Assembly (NCBI GenBank): GCA_037142615.1
Contig: JBAXAI010000036.1
Coordinates: 1-37,259 of the forward strand
Origin: Spirochaetales bacterium
GTDB lineage: Bacteria; Spirochaetota; Spirochaetia; JABEVK01
Length of the DNA: 37,259 nucleotides
Direction: 5' to 3'
Program-made: the position numbers and the translations under genes
Part shown: positions 33,256 through 37,259 of the stretch, in pieces
How positions within the stretch are numbered: the first letter of the stretch is position 1
Layout: each line of letters begins with the position of its first letter
Notes under the pieces: model-generated
The model's database searches: none
What the model saw: the letters and a program-made list of their open reading frames with translations, nothing else
Told to the model about the DNA's origin: nothing

Positions 33256-35586
33256 GTGGACTTTCACAAGGTCGAAACCACCAGCAATTTTGTCTTTGGT
33301 CCCGAAGAGGCGCGAACCCTGAAACTGACCGACCACGGCAGCGACGTGTTCCGCCTTCAGGGCTCGGGCAAGCGCTGGCCGCGAGGCACCGACAGCTTCG
33401 CCACGCTGACTCCCGAGGAGTTTGGCGCCACGGCGTCGAAGGCTCAGCTCACCACGGGTCCCGGCGGCGAAGTGACTTTGAAGCTCGGTGGCGTGACCTT
33501 GCTCGAATCTCAGCCGGGTCGGGGGCTTGGCGTGTGCGGCAACAAATGGGTGCTCGCCTTCCCCTACAACCCCGAAGACCGTTTCTACGGTCTGGGCGAA
33601 AAGAATCTCGGGTTTGAACTCAGCGGCAAGCGCACCAAATACTGGAACACCGACGTGCTGGGCGAGTTCTACTTCGGGCAAATAGAGAACAGCTCGACCG
33701 ACCCGTTCTACGGCACCTCGCCGGTATTCATCATCAAGACAAAGGGCCATTGGGTGGGCATTGTCGTCGACAACCCGCACGCACCGTTTGTGAACACGGG
33801 CGCTACCGAAAGCATCTTTCAGCCCGGCGCCGGTCCTTTTGTCCCCGAACTCTTCTTTGGTGCCCGCGACGGCTCTCCCGACGTGTGGTTTGCCTGTTCG
33901 GACACCCCACACGGACTGGTGCGCAAACTCCAGGCGCTTCAGGGCCGCACGCCGTTGCCTCCGCTCTGGGCGCTGGGGCATCAGCAGTGCCGCTGGGGCT
34001 ATAAATCGTACGACGACCTCAAGGCTCTGGCCGACAAGTACGACGAACTTGGCATTCCCAACGACGGCCTGTGGCTCGACATCGATTACATGGATGGTTA
34101 CCGGGTGTTCACCATCGATGGCAAGCACTTTCCGCAACCGGAAGCACAGCTCAAGGCCCTCACCGACCGGGGCTACCGCGTGGTGCCCATTCTCGACCCA
34201 GGCTTTCGACGTGATCCGGAATACTCCGTGTACGCCGAGGCCGTGAAGCGGAATGTGCTGTGCCAAACTCCCGAAGGCCAAGAGTACATCGGTTACGTGT
34301 GGCCGGGTTACACGGTGTTTCCCGACTTTTCGCTGGGTGAAGGCCGCGCCTACTGGGCTGAACAGGTGACCGCGCTGACGAAACGCGGGTTTTCGGCCTA
34401 CTGGATCGACATGAACGACCCTTCGACAGGGAGTGTTCCGCACGACGACATGCGCTTCGGCCACGAAAAACTGCCCCACAGCACTTGGCACAACCAGTAC
34501 GCTCTGGGCATGGCGGTGGCCACCCGGGAGGGCCTTCTGAAAGCCCACCCCAACGAAAGGCCTTTCGTTATCTCGCGCAGTTCGTACCTTTCGCAAAACC
34601 GACATTCGGCCGTTTGGACCGGCGACAACATTTCCAACGAACACCATATGCGCGGGACCATCGCCCTGACGCTCAATTTTTCAGTTTCGGGCATGCCCTT
34701 CAACGGTCCCGACGTACCGGGCTTTGCCATGGACGCGAGCAATGAGTTGATGCGGGCTTGGTACAAGCTTGGCTTCCTGTTCCCGTTCTTTCGCAATCAC
34801 AAGATCGCCGGCGCTACCGATCAGGAACCTTGGACCCGTGACCCGCTGACCACCCGGATCGTGATTTCGTACATCCGGCTGCGCTACAAACTTCTGCCCT
34901 ACCTGTACAACCTGTTTGTGCAGCAAAACGAAGTCGGTGACCCCATGTTGCGGCCGGTTTGGTACCACGACCCTTCGCCAGCGTTCGACAAGACCGACGA
35001 CGAGTTCTTTGTCGGCCCGTCGTTGCTCCAGGCGCCGTTTGTCGAATTGGCTGCCAAGACACGCGAAGTCAGGCTGCCGCAGCACGCCAACGGCGGGCTT
35101 TGGTTCGACGTTTTGGCCGGCAAGTGGCTCGAAGCAGGGACGACCATTATTCACCGCAACCGGCCTCAGACCACCCCAATCTTCCTCGCGAGCCCGTCGG
35201 TGCTGCCGTTGCAAAAGGGCCTGAGGACCACGCACAACAACGACTTGGCCAACCTTGACCTGCTCGTGGTGTTGCGGCCGGGGACTTCGGTCACGACCTG
35301 CTACCAGTTCGATGATGGCCTGACGCTCGAGCACCTGAAGGGCCGACGTTCGGTTTACGAAATTGAGGCCCGTCAGTTGGACGAGGGCTCCGGCAGCGGG
35401 GTCACGCTCAGCGTCAAGGCGCTCGAGACCGGGTGCGGGGCACTCAAATTGCGCGTGTTGCTGCTCACTCCGTCGCCAGTGAACACCCTCGAGGTCAATC
35501 GCCAGCCGCTGGGCCTGGCAAAAGAGACCCTCGACTTGGCCGCTGGCAAGTTCGCCGTTTTCGCCTCAACGGAGCTCACGCTTTGA
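33256..35586 (+). CDS. GH31 alpha-glucosidase
   Basis: YGLGE, PPLWALGHQQCRWGY, LDIDYMDG, WIDMND (nucleophile), WTGDN, GPDVPGF and FFRNH. Confidence 0.93.
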   Translation: MDFHKVETTSNFVFGPEEARTLKLTDHGSDVFRLQGSGKRWPRGTDSFATLTPEEFGATASKAQLTTGPGGEVTLKLGGVTLLESQPGRGLGVCGNKWVLAFPYNPEDRFYGLGEKNLGFELSGKRTKYWNTDVLGEFYFGQIENSSTDPFYGTSPVFIIKTKGHWVGIVVDNPHAPFVNTGATESIFQPGAGPFVPELFFGARDGSPDVWFACSDTPHGLVRKLQALQGRTPLPPLWALGHQQCRWGYKSYDDLKALADKYDELGIPNDGLWLDIDYMDGYRVFTIDGKHFPQPEAQLKALTDRGYRVVPILDPGFRRDPEYSVYAEAVKRNVLCQTPEGQEYIGYVWPGYTVFPDFSLGEGRAYWAEQVTALTKRGFSAYWIDMNDPSTGSVPHDDMRFGHEKLPHSTWHNQYALGMAVATREGLLKAHPNERPFVISRSSYLSQNRHSAVWTGDNISNEHHMRGTIALTLNFSVSGMPFNGPDVPGFAMDASNELMRAWYKLGFLFPFFRNHKIAGATDQEPWTRDPLTTRIVISYIRLRYKLLPYLYNLFVQQNEVGDPMLRPVWYHDPSPAFDKTDDEFFVGPSLLQAPFVELAAKTREVRLPQHANGGLWFDVLAGKWLEAGTTIIHRNRPQTTPIFLASPSVLPLQKGLRTTHNNDLANLDLLVVLRPGTSVTTCYQFDDGLTLEHLKGRRSVYEIEARQLDEGSGSGVTLSVKALETGCGALKLRVLLLTPSPVNTLEVNRQPLGLAKETLDLAAGKFAVFASTELTL

Positions 35587-37229
35587 GGCGCCTTGCAGCG
35601 ATTCTCGTACTTCTCTGGGTCGGCCTGAGTTCCGTCGCGGCGCAGACCCTCACGCCCGACGCCCCGTGGTGGACGCAAACAACCGGCCCCGCCTACCAGG
35701 TGCTGGTGTATTCCTACGCCGATTCCGACCAGGACGGCTGGGGCGATTTCAAGGGCCTGCAACATCGCCTCGACGCGATCGCCTCGTTGGGAGTCCAGAC
35801 CCTGTGGCTGTCGCCTATTCATCCCTCGGCGTCGTATCATGGGTATGACGTCACCAACTACCTCGACGTTGACCCGAAGTACGGCACACTCGATGACTTC
35901 GACCAATTGGTCGCGGCCGCGCACAAGCGGGGCCTTCACATTGTCCTCGACATGGTGTTCAACCACACCTCGGTAGCCCACCCGTGGTACCAGGCCTTCC
36001 TGAAGGACGCCAAGAGCCCCTACCGCGACTATTATGTATGGAAGCGCCCCGGCATCACCTACGGCGGAACGACCATGGGTGGGTGGTCGCGGACGGCCAT
36101 CGATGGTTTGCAGGTGTTCAGCGCGTTTCCAGGCAGCATGATGGACCTCGACAACGCGAATCCTGCGGTGGTCAGCGAGGAACACAACATCCTGAAGTTC
36201 TGGCTGGAGAGGGGCGTCGATGGCTTCCGGTTTGACGCCGCCAAGGAGGTCTTCAATTCCGGCGAGATGCCCGTTGGCAGTTCGGCCTTGGCGCTCAACC
36301 GCAAATACTGGAACGAATTGCGTGACTATTCGCGGACAATCAACCCTGGCGTGCTGTTCCTTGGCGAGGTATCGAACCGCGATGCCCGCGAGACAAAATC
36401 GTATGCCACCGCCTTCGATTCCCTGTTTGACTTTGCCGGTGCCTACCAGTTGTCGACGTTTCCCGCCGCGGGCAACGAAACCAGACTGGCAGCCAACTTG
36501 GTTCAGGCGTACAAGCTCTACCAAGGCGTCAGCGGATTCCTTCCGGCACCGTTTTTGACCAACCACGATCAAGACCGCACAATGAGCCTGAACCTCGCCA
36601 CCGTCGGACTTGCCAACGCCAAAGGCTGGGGTCCTGAAATCGTCGATGACGACCGTTCGCTTCAGGCCAAAGATCGGGCTCTGGGCCGTGCTCGCGTGCA
36701 GGCCGCGATGTACCTGACTCTGCCGGGCATGCCCTACATTTATTACGGGGAGGAACTCGGCTTGGTAGGACGCAAGTACGCCAACAACGATGTTGCCCGC
36801 CGGGACGCGATGCCGTGGGGCGACGAGGATCCCTCGGGTGACACCGCCATCTGGGCGAAAGACACGGGCCAGTTGGAGCCCAACCAGAACCGGGCCACTC
36901 CAACCTGGTCGGCTCAAGACGGCGATCCACAGTCACTCCTCGAGCTGTATCGGGCGTGGGGAAACTTCCGCAAGGCCCACCCGGTTCTGACAACGGCGCC
37001 CCTGACGCTTCCAGACGCGAAAACCTGGAAAGGCCTGAACTCAGGTACGCTGGTAGCTTGGCTCCGCGGCGATTTGCTGCTGACTGCCAACCTCGGCACC
37101 AAGTCTCAGGAGTTTACAGTGCCTGCGGGCCGAGCGCTCGAGCCACTACTCTCAACCGGTGACGCGCCAGAGGTCAGCCAGAGCCAGACTCTGCCACCGC
37201 TTTCGGCGACGATCTGGGCGATGAAGTAG
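35583..37229 (+). CDS. Secreted alpha-amylase family protein (GH13)
   Basis: TTG 35583 overlaps the upstream stop and opens a signal peptide. DSDQDGWGD, YHGYDV, DMVFNH, DGFRFDAAK, GEV, NHD and YYGEELG. Confidence 0.92.
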   Translation: MRRLAAILVLLWVGLSSVAAQTLTPDAPWWTQTTGPAYQVLVYSYADSDQDGWGDFKGLQHRLDAIASLGVQTLWLSPIHPSASYHGYDVTNYLDVDPKYGTLDDFDQLVAAAHKRGLHIVLDMVFNHTSVAHPWYQAFLKDAKSPYRDYYVWKRPGITYGGTTMGGWSRTAIDGLQVFSAFPGSMMDLDNANPAVVSEEHNILKFWLERGVDGFRFDAAKEVFNSGEMPVGSSALALNRKYWNELRDYSRTINPGVLFLGEVSNRDARETKSYATAFDSLFDFAGAYQLSTFPAAGNETRLAANLVQAYKLYQGVSGFLPAPFLTNHDQDRTMSLNLATVGLANAKGWGPEIVDDDRSLQAKDRALGRARVQAAMYLTLPGMPYIYYGEELGLVGRKYANNDVARRDAMPWGDEDPSGDTAIWAKDTGQLEPNQNRATPTWSAQDGDPQSLLELYRAWGNFRKAHPVLTTAPLTLPDAKTWKGLNSGTLVAWLRGDLLLTANLGTKSQEFTVPAGRALEPLLSTGDAPEVSQSQTLPPLSATIWAMK

Positions 37230-37259
37230 GTCTTCGTTACTCCCGGCGGCCGGGTCTTC

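Noticed and set aside
26615-36917. Long antisense ORFs (26615-28102, 28308-30071, 31596-32909, 33244-34647, 35373-36917)
   Set aside because: Each lies opposite a well-supported gene and has no recognisable domain.
37237-37259. CCCGGC..GCCGGG hairpin or end of a convergent gene
   Set aside because: Truncated by the window edge, no T-tract; cannot be distinguished.
1-37259. CRISPR arrays, tRNA/rRNA, integrases, IS terminal repeats, riboswitches
   Set aside because: None seen by eye. Intergenic spaces are mostly too short; covariance-model searches were not run.

Overview
37 kb GC-rich bacterial chromosomal window, probably from a free-living spirochaete (inferred from protein families and lipoboxes, not proven). 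The left end (1-3600) is a visibly more AT-rich, defence-like islet: a four-gene minus-strand operon of RelE/HigB(Gp49)-type toxin, XRE antitoxin with an extra RHH-like segment and tail, a divergent SecB-like protein and rmuC, followed by the start of a probable Rpn-family gene. This candidate toxin-antitoxin-chaperone (TAC) system coupled to an RmuC nuclease is the most interesting item. The rest holds: an adenylate cyclase divergent from a long coiled-coil membrane protein; an extended copper locus (cupredoxin, HMA-TauE/DsbD_2, copA-copZ-csoR with a CsoR operator, an unknown lipoprotein, DUF1801); two orphan PAS kinases; a NusG-II/Gx-transporter/EcfT-like/flavodoxin operon; ndk; a pseudo-esterase lipoprotein with an M18 peptidase; mazG; an oxidoreductase with an MFS transporter; and a starch/glycogen cluster with a LacI-type operator. 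Many operon-leading genes appear leaderless. I found no rRNA, tRNA, CRISPR array or integrase. All family calls come from motif recognition by eye; no searches were run.
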